Below, in pieces: positions 1-8,578 of a stretch of 17,449 bases of DNA. A program made the translations under genes and the position numbers. Position 1 is the stretch's first letter, and the number at the start of each line of letters is the position of its first letter. Source of the stretch: an uncultured virus (IMG/VR IMGVR_UViG_2061766007_000756) (lineage: Duplodnaviria; Heunggongvirae; Uroviricota; Caudoviricetes); the IMG/VR virus record IMGVR_UViG_2061766007_000756. One strand, given 5' to 3'. The notes below the pieces were generated by a model that had not been told where the DNA came from, searched no databases, and saw only the letters and a list, made by a program, of their open reading frames with translations.

Positions 1-93
1 GAGGTCGGCGGCATAAAAGGTGCTTTTACCGCTATTCAGCAGAGTGAGGTAATTGGTCAGAGTGAGGATGCTGATGTGAGTGTTCTTATCCAT
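1..93 (-). CDS. Hypothetical protein, family B (5' part only, runs off the window)
   Basis: MDKNTHISILTLTNYLTLLNSGKSTFYAADL, same as N-terminus of 744..1064; AAGGAGA RBS and promoter 151-179. Confidence 0.8.
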   Translation of the reverse strand, partial: MDKNTHISILTLTNYLTLLNSGKSTFYAADL

Positions 94-201
94 TGTGTAG
101 TATCTCCTTTTTCTCTTGGTTTTTCTGTCCTTTTCCCTTTGGACAATTAGAGTATAGCACAAAAGGGAGAACTTGTCAACACCTTTTTCAAACTTTTTTG
201 A

Positions 202-219
202 AAGTTATTTTTTTAACAA
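202..219. promoter_or_regulatory. Rex-like box
   Basis: AAGTTAT-TTTT-TTAACAA. Confidence 0.5.
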
Positions 220-249
220 TCTTTTGCCCGGGCCGAAGCCTGCATGGGA

Positions 250-630
250 TTAACCCAGCAGGCGAGCGTACTTTTCAAGGTTGCGCTTGTGAATGTCATA
301 GCGACGCTTGATTTCTTTTTTGCCCTTTTCGGTGAACTCCACTTCATACTCCATGTAAGTCACTGAGATTGAATACTGCGGGCGGTCGTCGGTGTATTCG
401 GGTTTCAAAGTCCAGCGATTGATAACACGCCGACCATACACATCTGTGTGCCTATCATAGCACCCTTCAAATCCCTGCAGATACTTGGGGAAGTGCTGAG
501 CGTAAAAGCCAGTAGTGGCAGGAATTTTGTGGGAAACTGTGCAAGTGACTTCTTCTTTGCCGATGATTTTGTAATCAGCGTCCTTGCCCCAAGGGATGAA
601 ATACTGCAGTGCTTTGTAAGAAACCTTCAT
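250..630 (-). CDS. Hypothetical protein, 126 aa
   Basis: ORF with AGAAAGGAAG RBS and own promoter 661-689. Confidence 0.85.
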   Translation of the reverse strand: MKVSYKALQYFIPWGKDADYKIIGKEEVTCTVSHKIPATTGFYAQHFPKYLQGFEGCYDRHTDVYGRRVINRWTLKPEYTDDRPQYSISVTYMEYEVEFTEKGKKEIKRRYDIHKRNLEKYARLLG

Positions 631-743
631 TGTAGTTCCTTCCTTTCTCTTGATGGCTTAAGTATAACACACCTTGCGAAAGATGTCAAGCATTTTTTGA
701 AAAATTTCTGAAAAAATTTTTGCCCCGGGCGCAAGCCCTTGCA

Positions 744-1064
744 TTACACAAGGGCGTTGTATCCGTTTACGATGTCAGCCAGCTTGTTGATGTCCTCGGT
801 GATGAATTCGGCAATCCATTTTTCGAGGGGGATAACCTTCCACTCTTTCGCATCGAACTTGCGGTAGAGGTCATCTCTGTAGGGGTGCTGGACGAAAACG
901 GACTTTGTTTTACCAGTCGGCGCAATCATTTCAAGATTGTGCATAGCGTTGACTTCAGCGCCAGAGAAATCAAGGTCGGCGGCATAGAAGGTGCTTTTAC
1001 CGCTATTCAGCAAAGTGAGGTAATTGGTCAGAGTGAGAATGCTGATGTGAGTGTTCTTATCCAT
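744..1064 (-). CDS. Hypothetical protein, family B, 106 aa
   Basis: Start moved to ATG at 1064 after AAGGAGA RBS; paralogue of 2743..3072. Confidence 0.85.
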   Translation of the reverse strand: MDKNTHISILTLTNYLTLLNSGKSTFYAADLDFSGAEVNAMHNLEMIAPTGKTKSVFVQHPYRDDLYRKFDAKEWKVIPLEKWIAEFITEDINKLADIVNGYNALV

Positions 1065-1289
1065 TGTGTAGTATCTCCTTTTTCTCTTGGTTTTCTTTTC
1101 TGTCCTTTTCCCTTTGGACAATTAGAGTATAGCACACAAGGCAAACTTTGTCAAGTGTTTTTTAAAATTTTTTCAAAAAATTTTCGGCCCGGGCCAAAAA
1201 TCCCTCNNNNNNNNNNCAAAAATAGGAAAAAATTGCCAAAAACGCACAAAAAATTAAAAAAATTAATCAAAAACGCCCCGGGGCGAAAT

Positions 1290-1303
1290 CGAACACCTGT
1301 TCA
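1290..1303. promoter_or_regulatory. LexA (SOS) box
   Basis: CGAAC-ACCT-GTTCA. Confidence 0.6.
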
Positions 1304-1609
1304 GGTGTCCGTTTCGTCTTCGCGCCACCACACGCCNNNNNNNNNNNNNNNNNNNNNNNNNNNNNNNNNNNNNNNNATCGTGTGAAAACAGTTGCTCCCC
1401 ATGTATTCGGGAATGAGTTCATAGACTTCGGGCCACAGTCCGCGCACGCCAGAAAGGAACCACGCGCCCCAATTACCGCCGCAAGTTTTGCAATGTTTGG
1501 CGAGAAAATCATCAAGGGTCATAAACTGCTTGTCTGCCTGCAAGACCGCTTCTGCGACTTCATCGCCCCACTCTTTGCGGACGATGTCGAAACTTTCAAG
1601 AATAGTCAT
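1301..1609 (-). CDS. Hypothetical protein with a CxxC motif (3' end uncertain, N gap)
   Basis: AAGGAGG RBS overlapping the upstream stop; CKTCGG motif. Confidence 0.75.
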   Translation of the reverse strand: MTILESFDIVRKEWGDEVAEAVLQADKQFMTLDDFLAKHCKTCGGNWGAWFLSGVRGLWPEVYELIPEYMGSNCFHTXXXXXXXXXXXXXXGVWWREDETDT

Positions 1610-1621
1610 TTCTGTACCTCC

Positions 1622-1918
1622 TTAGCAGTCAAAGTCATAGCAACCGAGATAGGGGTTGAACCCCATTTCATCATCGGCAGGTTCCTCGAAATCTTCTTCG
1701 GGGTCTTCTTCCTTGCCGAAGGTCTGTTCCCAGCACCAAGGGCAGATGCCGCTGATGAGAGCTTCACGCTCATTTGCGGAAAGGTAAGGGAAAGCGTCCT
1801 GCGCAAGCGCGCCGTCCTTCCAATCCCAATAGTCAGCCTCATTCACATCAGTGTAGTTAGCTCCACCGCAGAAGGGACAGGCGGTAACGATGGTGACTTC
1901 TTTGTAGTTGATTTTCAT
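1622..1918 (-). CDS. Acidic zinc-finger-like protein, 98 aa
   Basis: CPFC...CPWC and D/E-rich tail ending GFNPYLGCYDFDC; RBS and promoter 1949-1977. Confidence 0.85.
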   Translation of the reverse strand: MKINYKEVTIVTACPFCGGANYTDVNEADYWDWKDGALAQDAFPYLSANEREALISGICPWCWEQTFGKEEDPEEDFEEPADDEMGFNPYLGCYDFDC

Positions 1919-1988
1919 AATGATTGCTTCCTTTCTCTTGATGATGTAAGTATAGCATAGACGAAAGTATTTGTCAAGCATTTTTTAA

Positions 1989-2006
1989 AAGTTATTTTTT
2001 TAACAA
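1989..2006. promoter_or_regulatory. Rex-like box
   Basis: AAGTTAT-TTTT-TTAACAA. Confidence 0.5.
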
Positions 2007-2018
2007 TCGGCCCGGGCG

Positions 2019-2118
2019 CCCCACCCCTCACACAGACGCACTACGACCCGTTTCGCTTTCGGTGGGTTCTACTTGCGAGTGGGTACCCACTCGTAATGCG
2101 CCTCTGTGAAGGGTGGGG
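2019..2118 (-). ncRNA. Candidate structured RNA (long hairpin) 3' of the family A gene
   Basis: Arms 2019-2046 and 2091-2118 match at 24/28; three of the four mismatches are G-U pairs on the minus strand. Confidence 0.5.
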
Positions 2119-2133
2119 GTAGGTGGTGAGGGC

Positions 2134-2475
2134 TTAGCCCTCAACCACCTTGAAGTAGGTCACACGCTTCTCGGTGTACTTCTCCACCGCGCCAGCCTCA
2201 ATCAGCTGACCGAGCAGAGCCGAGCACTTCTGACCGCTGATGCCGACCGCGGCAGCAATGTCCTTGCACTGCTTGCCTTCGGTGGTCAGAACCCCGAGGA
2301 TTTCGGACTTCACGCCCTCATTAGCCTTCTGAGCCTTCGTGGGCTTGCGCTCGCCACTTGCACGCTTCACGAGCTGAGCCTGCAGGTTGCGGAGCTTCTC
2401 AACCGCCTCATCGGTCAGAGTGCCATTGATAGCCATCTCCAGAGCGTTCACATAAGTCATTTTCGTCATAGTCAT
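2134..2475 (-). CDS. Winged-HTH-like DNA-binding protein, family A copy 1
   Basis: ILGVL..CKDIAAAVGISGQKCSALLGQLIEAGAVEK..YF resembles a wHTH; basic RKPTK linker; four paralogues in the window. Confidence 0.8.
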   Translation of the reverse strand: MTMTKMTYVNALEMAINGTLTDEAVEKLRNLQAQLVKRASGERKPTKAQKANEGVKSEILGVLTTEGKQCKDIAAAVGISGQKCSALLGQLIEAGAVEKYTEKRVTYFKVVEG

Positions 2476-2704
2476 CAGTTCCTTTCTGGTTTCTTGGGTT
2501 TTCCTTCCCTCATCTTGTGCCTTTATTATAGCACATCTTGTTTGGCTTGTCAAGGGTTTTTTGAAACTTTTTTTATTTTTTTTGAGGGCTTCTTTTTTCT
2601 CGCCACCCCTTGGTGCCTCTGTCGTGGGTTCCTTTCCCTTTCGACAATGTAAGTATAGCATAGGTGGGGGATAATGTCAAGCACTTTTTGAAAAAATTTT
2701 TCCT

Positions 2705-2718
2705 CGAACAAATGTTCG
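2705..2718. promoter_or_regulatory. LexA (SOS) box
   Basis: CGAAC-AAAT-GTTCG. Confidence 0.8.
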
Positions 2719-2742
2719 GCGCCCGGGCCGCAAGCCCTTGCA

Positions 2743-3072
2743 TTACACAAGGGCGTTGTATCCGTTCACGAGGTCAGCCAGTGCGTTGATGTCCTCAACA
2801 AGGCGCTCAGCAGTCCATTCATCAAGGTTGCGGACTCGCCACTGCTTGACGATGACTTTCTTGTAAAGCTTTTCAGTGCTCCACGGATTTATCTCGATGA
2901 AAGCCTCTTTTGTCACCCCCGTTTCGGCGATGAAGCGATAGTTCGCCAGCGCGTTGATTGCGCCACCAGACAGATCGAGATCAGCCGCCCAGAATGTGGT
3001 CTTGCCACTCTGCAGGATTTTCAGATAGTTTTTGAGAGTGATGAATGAGGTGTGCAGGTCGTTGTAAGCCAT
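2743..3072 (-). CDS. Hypothetical protein, family B, 109 aa
   Basis: Paralogue of 744..1064 (SGKxTFxAADLD; LADxVNGYNALV); RBS and promoter 3129-3157. Confidence 0.85.
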   Translation of the reverse strand: MAYNDLHTSFITLKNYLKILQSGKTTFWAADLDLSGGAINALANYRFIAETGVTKEAFIEINPWSTEKLYKKVIVKQWRVRNLDEWTAERLVEDINALADLVNGYNALV

Positions 3073-3196
3073 TTTAGTATCTCCTTTTTTCTCTTGGTTT
3101 TTCTGTCCTTTTCCCTTTGGACAATTAGAGTATAGCACACAAGGAGAACTTTGTCAAGCGTTTTTTAAAATTTTTTCAAAAAATTTTCGGCCCGGG

Positions 3197-3230
3197 CCAA
3201 AAATCCCTCCCCACTTGGGAGGGTTTTTGG
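3197..3230 (-). terminator. Intrinsic terminator
   Basis: CCCTCCC/GGGAGGG stem flanked by A/T tracts right after the stop at 3231. Confidence 0.7.
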
Positions 3231-3602
3231 TCACTTTTTAGGGGGTCTGTGCTTCGTGAGCGTGATTGAATAGTCATTTGCCCCCACAATCAGTGAGATT
3301 TCACGCTCACCCTTGATAATGTCCACATCATAGCCGTCAATCGTTTTGAGGAACTCGGCAATCTGTGAAATGATGTCAGCTTTTTCCTCATCGGGTTTGC
3401 GTTCACGTTTTACAGCGGTGCGTTTCTTGGTGCCCGTTTTGGTGGCATCTTTCATCGCTTTGCGCTGTTCGGGGGTGAGGTCGGCATTGATTTCTTTCAT
3501 CGTCATTTTGTCGATTTCCTCATCCTCTTGAATGACGGCGATGGCTTCCTCGCGTGTGCAACCGAGCGATTTCATCAGTGAGGCAATTTTTTTCTCATCC
3601 AT
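3231..3602 (-). CDS. Hypothetical protein, family C, 123 aa
   Basis: LMKSLxCTREEA...KRERK...KHRPPK; paralogue of 6990..7566. Confidence 0.85.
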   Translation of the reverse strand: MDEKKIASLMKSLGCTREEAIAVIQEDEEIDKMTMKEINADLTPEQRKAMKDATKTGTKKRTAVKRERKPDEEKADIISQIAEFLKTIDGYDVDIIKGEREISLIVGANDYSITLTKHRPPKK

Positions 3603-3698
3603 GGCTATCTCTCCTTTCTGTAATAGATTATAGCATAGGTCAAATTGGTTGTCAAGTACTTTTTGAAAAATTTTTGGCCCGGGCTGATTGGCCGAGGG

Positions 3699-3926
3699 TT
3701 ATTCCTCGGCCTTTAGTTCGCCAGCGTTGGCCCAATCTCGAAGAATGTCAGCGGTATCTTCAAAATCGTTGCGGCACCAATCAGCTTGATACCCTTGAAG
3801 TTCAAAATAGCCATAGCTTACAAGTTCTTCATGGATTTCGCCAACAATGTCAGCGGCTTTCTTGAGCGTTTCACGCTCTTCGGGGGTCAGCAGGATTTCC
3901 AGACGATGGACTTCATCAATTTTCAT
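3699..3926 (-). CDS. Small acidic hypothetical protein, 75 aa
   Basis: AAGGGGGTGA RBS; second gene of a two-gene unit. Confidence 0.8.
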   Translation of the reverse strand: MKIDEVHRLEILLTPEERETLKKAADIVGEIHEELVSYGYFELQGYQADWCRNDFEDTADILRDWANAGELKAEE

Positions 3927-3938
3927 TTTGTCACCCCC

Positions 3939-4130
3939 TTAGTCATTGTCAGCCATAACCAGCACTTCGCCAGTTTCGGCGTCAATCACATCGGCTTTGT
4001 CAAAGCCGTATTCATAGAAGCCATTTTTCACAATGCAGACCGCTTCGGTCAATGTGCCGCTGTGCTGGACCTCATACTCTTCATCAAAGATGATAACCAT
4101 TTTGGTGCAATAGGTGAAGTTGAAAGTCAT
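3939..4130 (-). CDS. Small acidic hypothetical protein, 63 aa
   Basis: GAGGT RBS, promoter 4161-4189; ends D..TGEVL. Confidence 0.8.
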   Translation of the reverse strand: MTFNFTYCTKMVIIFDEEYEVQHSGTLTEAVCIVKNGFYEYGFDKADVIDAETGEVLVMADND

Positions 4131-4238
4131 TCTTAGTACCTCTCTTTCTTTGATGGTTTAAGTATAGCACACAGGCGCAAGTTTGTCAAGCATTTTTGCT
4201 AAAAAATTTCTAAAAATTTCGGCCCGGGCGCAAGCCCA

Positions 4239-4754
4239 TCACACGCGGTGATAGGCGAAGCACTTCTTGTTGTAGATGTGTTCCATTATTTTATCACATC
4301 TCTGTTGGAACTTCCAGCACTGTTCTTCGTGGGCGGTGATGTAATCAATCGCCCATCTGTTGGCTAAATCCTCGGCGGGAAGATTGAAATACAGAGCATT
4401 GATTTTGGTATTATCTTTATCCTCAATCAGTAGAGGAAGCAGACCATTCCGCGCAACTTCTTCAAAGTGCATTTCTTCATCGGTCAACTGCGGCAAGGTC
4501 ATCTTGTGCCCGACTTCGTGCAGAACGCAGAAGGTGAAAAACCATTTGAAGATGTCGAAATTGTATTTTTCGCGAACGAACTTGATGAGGTTTTGGTCTT
4601 CATCATAGGCGAAAATCGTGAAGCACACAGTATTGCCAGCGGGGAAATACTCGAATTCGTTCGTGCAGATTGCACGTGTCACACCGAAACGGCGAACGAA
4701 TTTGCGCACGTGTTTTTCCAGCGTTTCAGCGTATTTGTAGCGATAGACCATCAT
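4239..4754 (-). CDS. Putative HEXXH zinc metallopeptidase (ImmA/IrrE-like motif pattern)
   Basis: LHEVGH plus downstream EDLANRWA (ExxAnxxA third ligand pattern). Confidence 0.7.
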   Translation of the reverse strand: MMVYRYKYAETLEKHVRKFVRRFGVTRAICTNEFEYFPAGNTVCFTIFAYDEDQNLIKFVREKYNFDIFKWFFTFCVLHEVGHKMTLPQLTDEEMHFEEVARNGLLPLLIEDKDNTKINALYFNLPAEDLANRWAIDYITAHEEQCWKFQQRCDKIMEHIYNKKCFAYHRV

Positions 4755-4860
4755 TGGGCGATTCTTCCTTTCTTTTTCTTACAATGTTATTTTACCAAAT
4801 TTTTTCTAAATTGTCAAGTGGTTTTCGCAGAGTTCCGTAAAAAAATTTTTTGCCCGGGCG

Positions 4861-4876
4861 GTTAGCCGCTGCTAAC
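4861..4876. promoter_or_regulatory. GTTAGC-N4-GCTAAC operator-like palindrome
   Basis: GTTAGC-CGCT-GCTAAC. Confidence 0.7.
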
Positions 4877-4889
4877 TGAAATCTAAAGA

Positions 4890-4911
4890 AAAAGGGGCTT
4901 GCGCCCCTTTT
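4890..4911 (-). terminator. Intrinsic terminator
   Basis: AAAAGGGGC-GCAA-GCCCCTTTTT on the minus strand. Confidence 0.8.
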
Positions 4912-4920
4912 GGTGAGGGA

Positions 4921-5268
4921 TTACGCAAGGTGGAAATAAGCCTTGCGTTTCACCTCCTCCCTCACGATAGCACCGCTATCCTTGAGCTGACGCACCAGCG
5001 AAGCGGCTTTCTGATTGGAGGTGTCCTTGAGGGAAGCCACACCCTCCATAATTTCGGAAACGGTGTGAGCCTCACCATCAGCGAGGAACTCAAGGATTTC
5101 CGCCTTGATGCCCTCATTCGCCTGCTGGGTCTTGGTGGGCTTACGGTCAGCGGCGTTCCGCTTGGCGATGGAAGCCTTGAGAGCCGTCAGCTTGTCGGCA
5201 ACCTCACCCTCACCGATGGTAGCGATAGCGATTTCGAGAGCCTGCGTGTAAGTCATTTTCTTTTCCAT
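4921..5268 (-). CDS. Winged-HTH-like protein, family A copy 2
   Basis: ILEFL..TVSEIM..SNQKAASLVRQLKDSGAIVREEVKRKAYF. Confidence 0.85.
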   Translation of the reverse strand: MEKKMTYTQALEIAIATIGEGEVADKLTALKASIAKRNAADRKPTKTQQANEGIKAEILEFLADGEAHTVSEIMEGVASLKDTSNQKAASLVRQLKDSGAIVREEVKRKAYFHLA

Positions 5269-5560
5269 AGTGTATCAAATCCTTTCTGGTTTCTTGGGTT
5301 TTCCTTCCCTTTGATGATTTAAGTATACCACATTGGGTTTGGTTTGTCAAGAGGGTTTTGAAAAAAATCTGCAACTTTTTTTCTTGCGGTGTTTGTCTCA
5401 CGGTTCTTGACGCTTTGCAGAACGCTTCGCTCGCTCAGACTTATCCCTGAGGGGGCTCAGCGAACCTTGCTGAGTACCTTTCCCTCTTGACAATGACAGT
5501 ATACCATACCCCCATAGGAATGTCAAGCACTTTTTCAAAATTTTTTAAAAATTTTTTTTG

Positions 5561-5576
5561 GTTAGCACCTGCTAAC
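5561..5576. promoter_or_regulatory. GTTAGC-N4-GCTAAC operator-like palindrome
   Basis: GTTAGC-ACCT-GCTAAC. Confidence 0.7.
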
Positions 5577-5601
5577 TGCGCCCGGGCCGCCTCTGTGGGG
5601 G

Positions 5602-6258
5602 TCAGTCCTCCCACAGTGCGCCGTTAATTTCAGGGTTTGCGGTCACGCAGAAAACGAAAATTTCTTTTTCAATCAGCACATCTTCCAGCCCTGTGTGACT
5701 TTCTTCAAAATCTGTGCTGCCCGTTAAAAATCTGTAAATGATTTCGGCGGTGTACCGCTTGCAAAGCCGCTTTGTGAGGTAGTCATTATTCCAACAGAAT
5801 GTTGAATAATTTTCATCATTTTTCAGCACTTCACGGCTCATTTTTAACGTGTCCCAAATCTCAATCCCGAAGGGGAAAAAGTAGCGGTATTTTGAGGAAG
5901 TTAAGTATCTTTGCGTGAGGTTCAGTGAACGATTGTCAAAGCGTGCGTTGTGGGCAAGTACAATCTGTACTTTATTGCGATAAACGCAATCCGCAAAGGC
6001 TTTTTTGATGTTGCGGAAGGTTTTTAATTCACGCTTTCCGCTTTTAATGTCTTGCCAATACTGCGGGATTTTATCAGCAAAGTAGGCGCTTTTCATCAGT
6101 TCTTCATCAAGGAAAATGTCAGCGACTACGAAAGAATAATTTTCGTAAACATTTCCGAGAATGTCAACCACCGCAAAGCCTACATCATAGCAAAGGGGGT
6201 CATCAAGGGAATTTGTGGTCTCTGTGTCAACCACAATGAAGCGGTCATCAAGGGTCAT
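5602..6258 (-). CDS. DEDDh (DnaQ-like) 3'-5' exonuclease
   Basis: ExoI VVDTETT, ExoII AHNARFD, ExoIII HTGLED; start at ATG 6258 after GAAAGGA RBS. Confidence 0.88.
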   Translation of the reverse strand: MTLDDRFIVVDTETTNSLDDPLCYDVGFAVVDILGNVYENYSFVVADIFLDEELMKSAYFADKIPQYWQDIKSGKRELKTFRNIKKAFADCVYRNKVQIVLAHNARFDNRSLNLTQRYLTSSKYRYFFPFGIEIWDTLKMSREVLKNDENYSTFCWNNDYLTKRLCKRYTAEIIYRFLTGSTDFEESHTGLEDVLIEKEIFVFCVTANPEINGALWED

Positions 6259-6354
6259 CAGCGAGGGTTCCTTTCTTTTGTTTACAAGCGTATTATAGCA
6301 CGGCTTGCGGCACTTGTCAAGCACTTTTTTTAATTTTTTGAAGAAAATTTTCCA

Positions 6355-6370
6355 GTTAGCCTAGGCTAAC
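6355..6370. promoter_or_regulatory. GTTAGC-N4-GCTAAC operator-like palindrome
   Basis: GTTAGC-CTAG-GCTAAC. Confidence 0.7.
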
Positions 6371-6392
6371 CGCGTGCCCGGGCGACTTGCCA

Positions 6393-6858
6393 TCACGCTC
6401 TGTGACGGCAAGTTTTTCTTGCGGAAGGATTTCCTTCTTTGGTATCGTACGGAATGTCCATCATTTCGCAAAAGCGTTCGGCGTGCTTAATTGCGGCATT
6501 TGCAAAAATCAGATAGTCGTTCATTTTTTCTTCTTTGGTAGTTTTCCATTCAAAGTGGTCGTTTTGAATGTTTTCCCACCCATCGCGCTCCAGCATCATG
6601 CGCACATAGCCTTCGATTGCTCTTGTTACGGCTTGCGTGCTGTCAGGCAGCCACAAATATTTGAAAACAAAGAAGTTACCTTCATCTTGCCGAATCTTTC
6701 CGACTCTCTGTGAAAGATACTGCTGATTGGTTTCACCGATTTTGCCGTATCCATTTACTCTTTGATTTGTCTTGCCCCCTACATAGAANNNNNNNNNNAA
6801 TTTTGCCGTATCCATTTACTCTTTGATTTGTCTTGCCCCCTACATAGAAGTATCCCAT
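6393..6858 (-). CDS. GIY-YIG/T5orf172-like protein (assembly duplication across the N gap)
   Basis: Reconstructed N-terminus MGYFYVGG..YGKIGET..R..., later AIE; 6741-6788 is repeated at 6802-6849, true length about 134 aa. Confidence 0.6.
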
Positions 6859-6973
6859 TTTGTTTATTTCCTTCCTTATTATTTTCTCTTGATGGTTTAA
6901 TTATACCATAAACTAAAAAAATGTCAAGTACTTTTTCAATTTTTTTCAAAAATTTTTTGGCCCGGGCGAAAGC

Positions 6974-6987
6974 CGAACAGGTGTTCG
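6974..6987. promoter_or_regulatory. LexA (SOS) box
   Basis: CGAAC-AGGT-GTTCG. Confidence 0.75.
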
Positions 6988-6989
6988 GC

Positions 6990-7566
6990 TTAGGCCTTCG
7001 GCGGTCTGTGCTTTATCAGTTTCACAGTATAGTCTGCGCCTTCAAACTTGAAGTTCATTTCGGCTTCGGTTTTCAGCGGTTCGACTACTGCGCCAGAGCC
7101 TTCAAGATAGATACGGAACGCGTCCAGCAAGTGCTTTTTCGTTTCATCCACCTTGCACTCACGCTTGACTTCTGTGCGCTTGCGAGTGCCTGTTTTTGTA
7201 GCGTCCTTGCGAGCCTTTTTCTGTTCAGGCGTTTCGTCTGCGTGGAGTTCCTTNNNNNNNNNNAGCTTCGGTTTTCAGCGGTTCGACTACTGCGCCAGAA
7301 CCTTCAAGGTAAATGCGGAACGCGTCCAGCAAGTGCTTTTTCGTTTCGTCTATCTTGCGCTCACGCTTGACTTCTGTGCGCTTGCGAGTGCCTGTTTTCG
7401 TGGCTTCCTTGCGAGCCTTTTTCTGTTCAGGCGTTTCGTCTGCGTGGAGTTCCTTCATTGACATTCCGTCAATTTCTTCGTCCTCTGCGATAACCGCAAG
7501 GGCTTCTTCACGAGTGCAGGAAAGGGATTTCATCAATCTTGCCACACGCTTTTCATCAACCTTCAT
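6990..7566 (-). CDS. Hypothetical protein, family C (two overlapping haplotypes across the N gap; about 124 aa)
   Basis: Starts MKVDEKRVARLMKSLSCTREEA at 7566, ends YTVKLIKHRPPKA* at 6990; 7062-7253 repeated with SNPs from 7264. Confidence 0.75.
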
Positions 7567-7640
7567 GGGTCTCACCTCTCTTTCTGACTGTAGTATAGCA
7601 CAAGGGTAGGGGATTGTCAAGCACTTTTTGCAAAAAATCT

Positions 7641-7658
7641 TCGTTAATTTTTTAACAA
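7641..7658. promoter_or_regulatory. Rex-like box
   Basis: TCGTTAA-TTTT-TTAACAA. Confidence 0.65.
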
Positions 7659-7674
7659 GCGGCGCGCCCGGGCA

Positions 7675-7690
7675 GTTAGCCTAGGCTAAC
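7675..7690. promoter_or_regulatory. GTTAGC-N4-GCTAAC operator-like palindrome
   Basis: GTTAGC-CTAG-GCTAAC. Confidence 0.7.
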
Positions 7691-7705
7691 CATCGAGCAA
7701 AAGTC

Positions 7706-7728
7706 AAGGGGGCATTTCTGCCCCCCTT
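7706..7728 (-). terminator. Terminator-like hairpin
   Basis: GGGGGCA-GAAA-TGCCCCC followed by TT..TTTT on the minus strand. Confidence 0.6.
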
Positions 7729-7741
7729 GCCGCAAGACCGC

Positions 7742-8083
7742 TTACGCAATCTTGAAGTAGGCTTTGCGCTTGACTTCTTCGCGGACAATCGCGCCCGCGT
7801 CCTTCAGCTGGCGCACAAGGGACGCCGCTTTCTGATTGGACGCATCCGCAAGAGACGGAACGCCGTCCATAATCTCGGAGACAGTGCGCGCCTGCCCGTC
7901 AGCCAGCAGAGCGAGGATGTCAGCCTTGATACCTTCGTTCGCAGTCTGCGTTTTGGTGGGCTTGCGGTCAGCTGCGTTGCGCTTCGCGGTAGCATCCCGC
8001 AGAGCAACCAGCTTCTCGCGGACTTCGCCTTCGGTCAGTTCGATAGCGGCATTCAGAGCGTCAACATAGGTCAGTTTCTTCAT
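7742..8083 (-). CDS. Winged-HTH-like protein, family A copy 3
   Basis: Close paralogue of 4921..5268 and 9182..9526. Confidence 0.85.
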   Translation of the reverse strand: MKKLTYVDALNAAIELTEGEVREKLVALRDATAKRNAADRKPTKTQTANEGIKADILALLADGQARTVSEIMDGVPSLADASNQKAASLVRQLKDAGAIVREEVKRKAYFKIA

Positions 8084-8312
8084 AGGTAATCACCCTTTCT
8101 CGCGTAGGTCGCGACCCTTTCTTTATCTTGTGCCTTTAGTATAGCACTTCTTGGGGAGTTTGTCAAGGGGTTTTTTACATTTTTTTTTCGAGGAGTTTTC
8201 TGTTTCCACTAGGTTGTTTCTGAGTGCCTCTCTCCCCTTGACAAGAACAGTATAGCACTTTCGGGCACAGATATCAAGCACTTTTTGCAAAAAATTTTGA
8301 AGAAATTTTTCC

Positions 8313-8326
8313 CAAACGTATGTTCG
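8313..8326. promoter_or_regulatory. LexA (SOS) box
   Basis: CAAAC-GTAT-GTTCG. Confidence 0.7.
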
Positions 8327-8392
8327 AGCCAAACACCGCGCGGCACGACCGGCGCCGCGCGGCCGAGCGCAAACAAAAGCCCNNNNNNNNNN

Positions 8393-8464
8393 TGAAAGGG
8401 CTTCTTCACGAGTGCAGGAAAGGGATTTCATCAATTTTGCCACACGCTTTTCATCAACCTTCAT
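8393..8464 (-). CDS. Family C protein, N-terminal fragment cut by an N gap
   Basis: MKVDEKRVAKLMKSLSCTREEAL; 8398-8560 nearly identical to about 7500-7662. Confidence 0.5.
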
Positions 8465-8538
8465 GGGTCTCACCTCTCTTTCTGATGGTAGTATAGCACA
8501 AGGGTAGGGAATTGTCAAGCACTTTTTGCAAAAAATCT

Positions 8539-8556
8539 TCGTTAATTTTTTAACAA
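8539..8556. promoter_or_regulatory. Rex-like box
   Basis: TCGTTAA-TTTT-TTAACAA (duplicate of 7641-7658). Confidence 0.6.
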
Positions 8557-8578
8557 GCGGNNNNNNNNNNATTTGAAA

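Noticed and set aside
6741..8560. Tandem duplications or frameshifted pseudogenes at 6741-6849, 7062-7453 and 8393-8560
   Set aside because: Each abuts a 10-N scaffold gap; most likely overlapping contig ends or strain haplotypes
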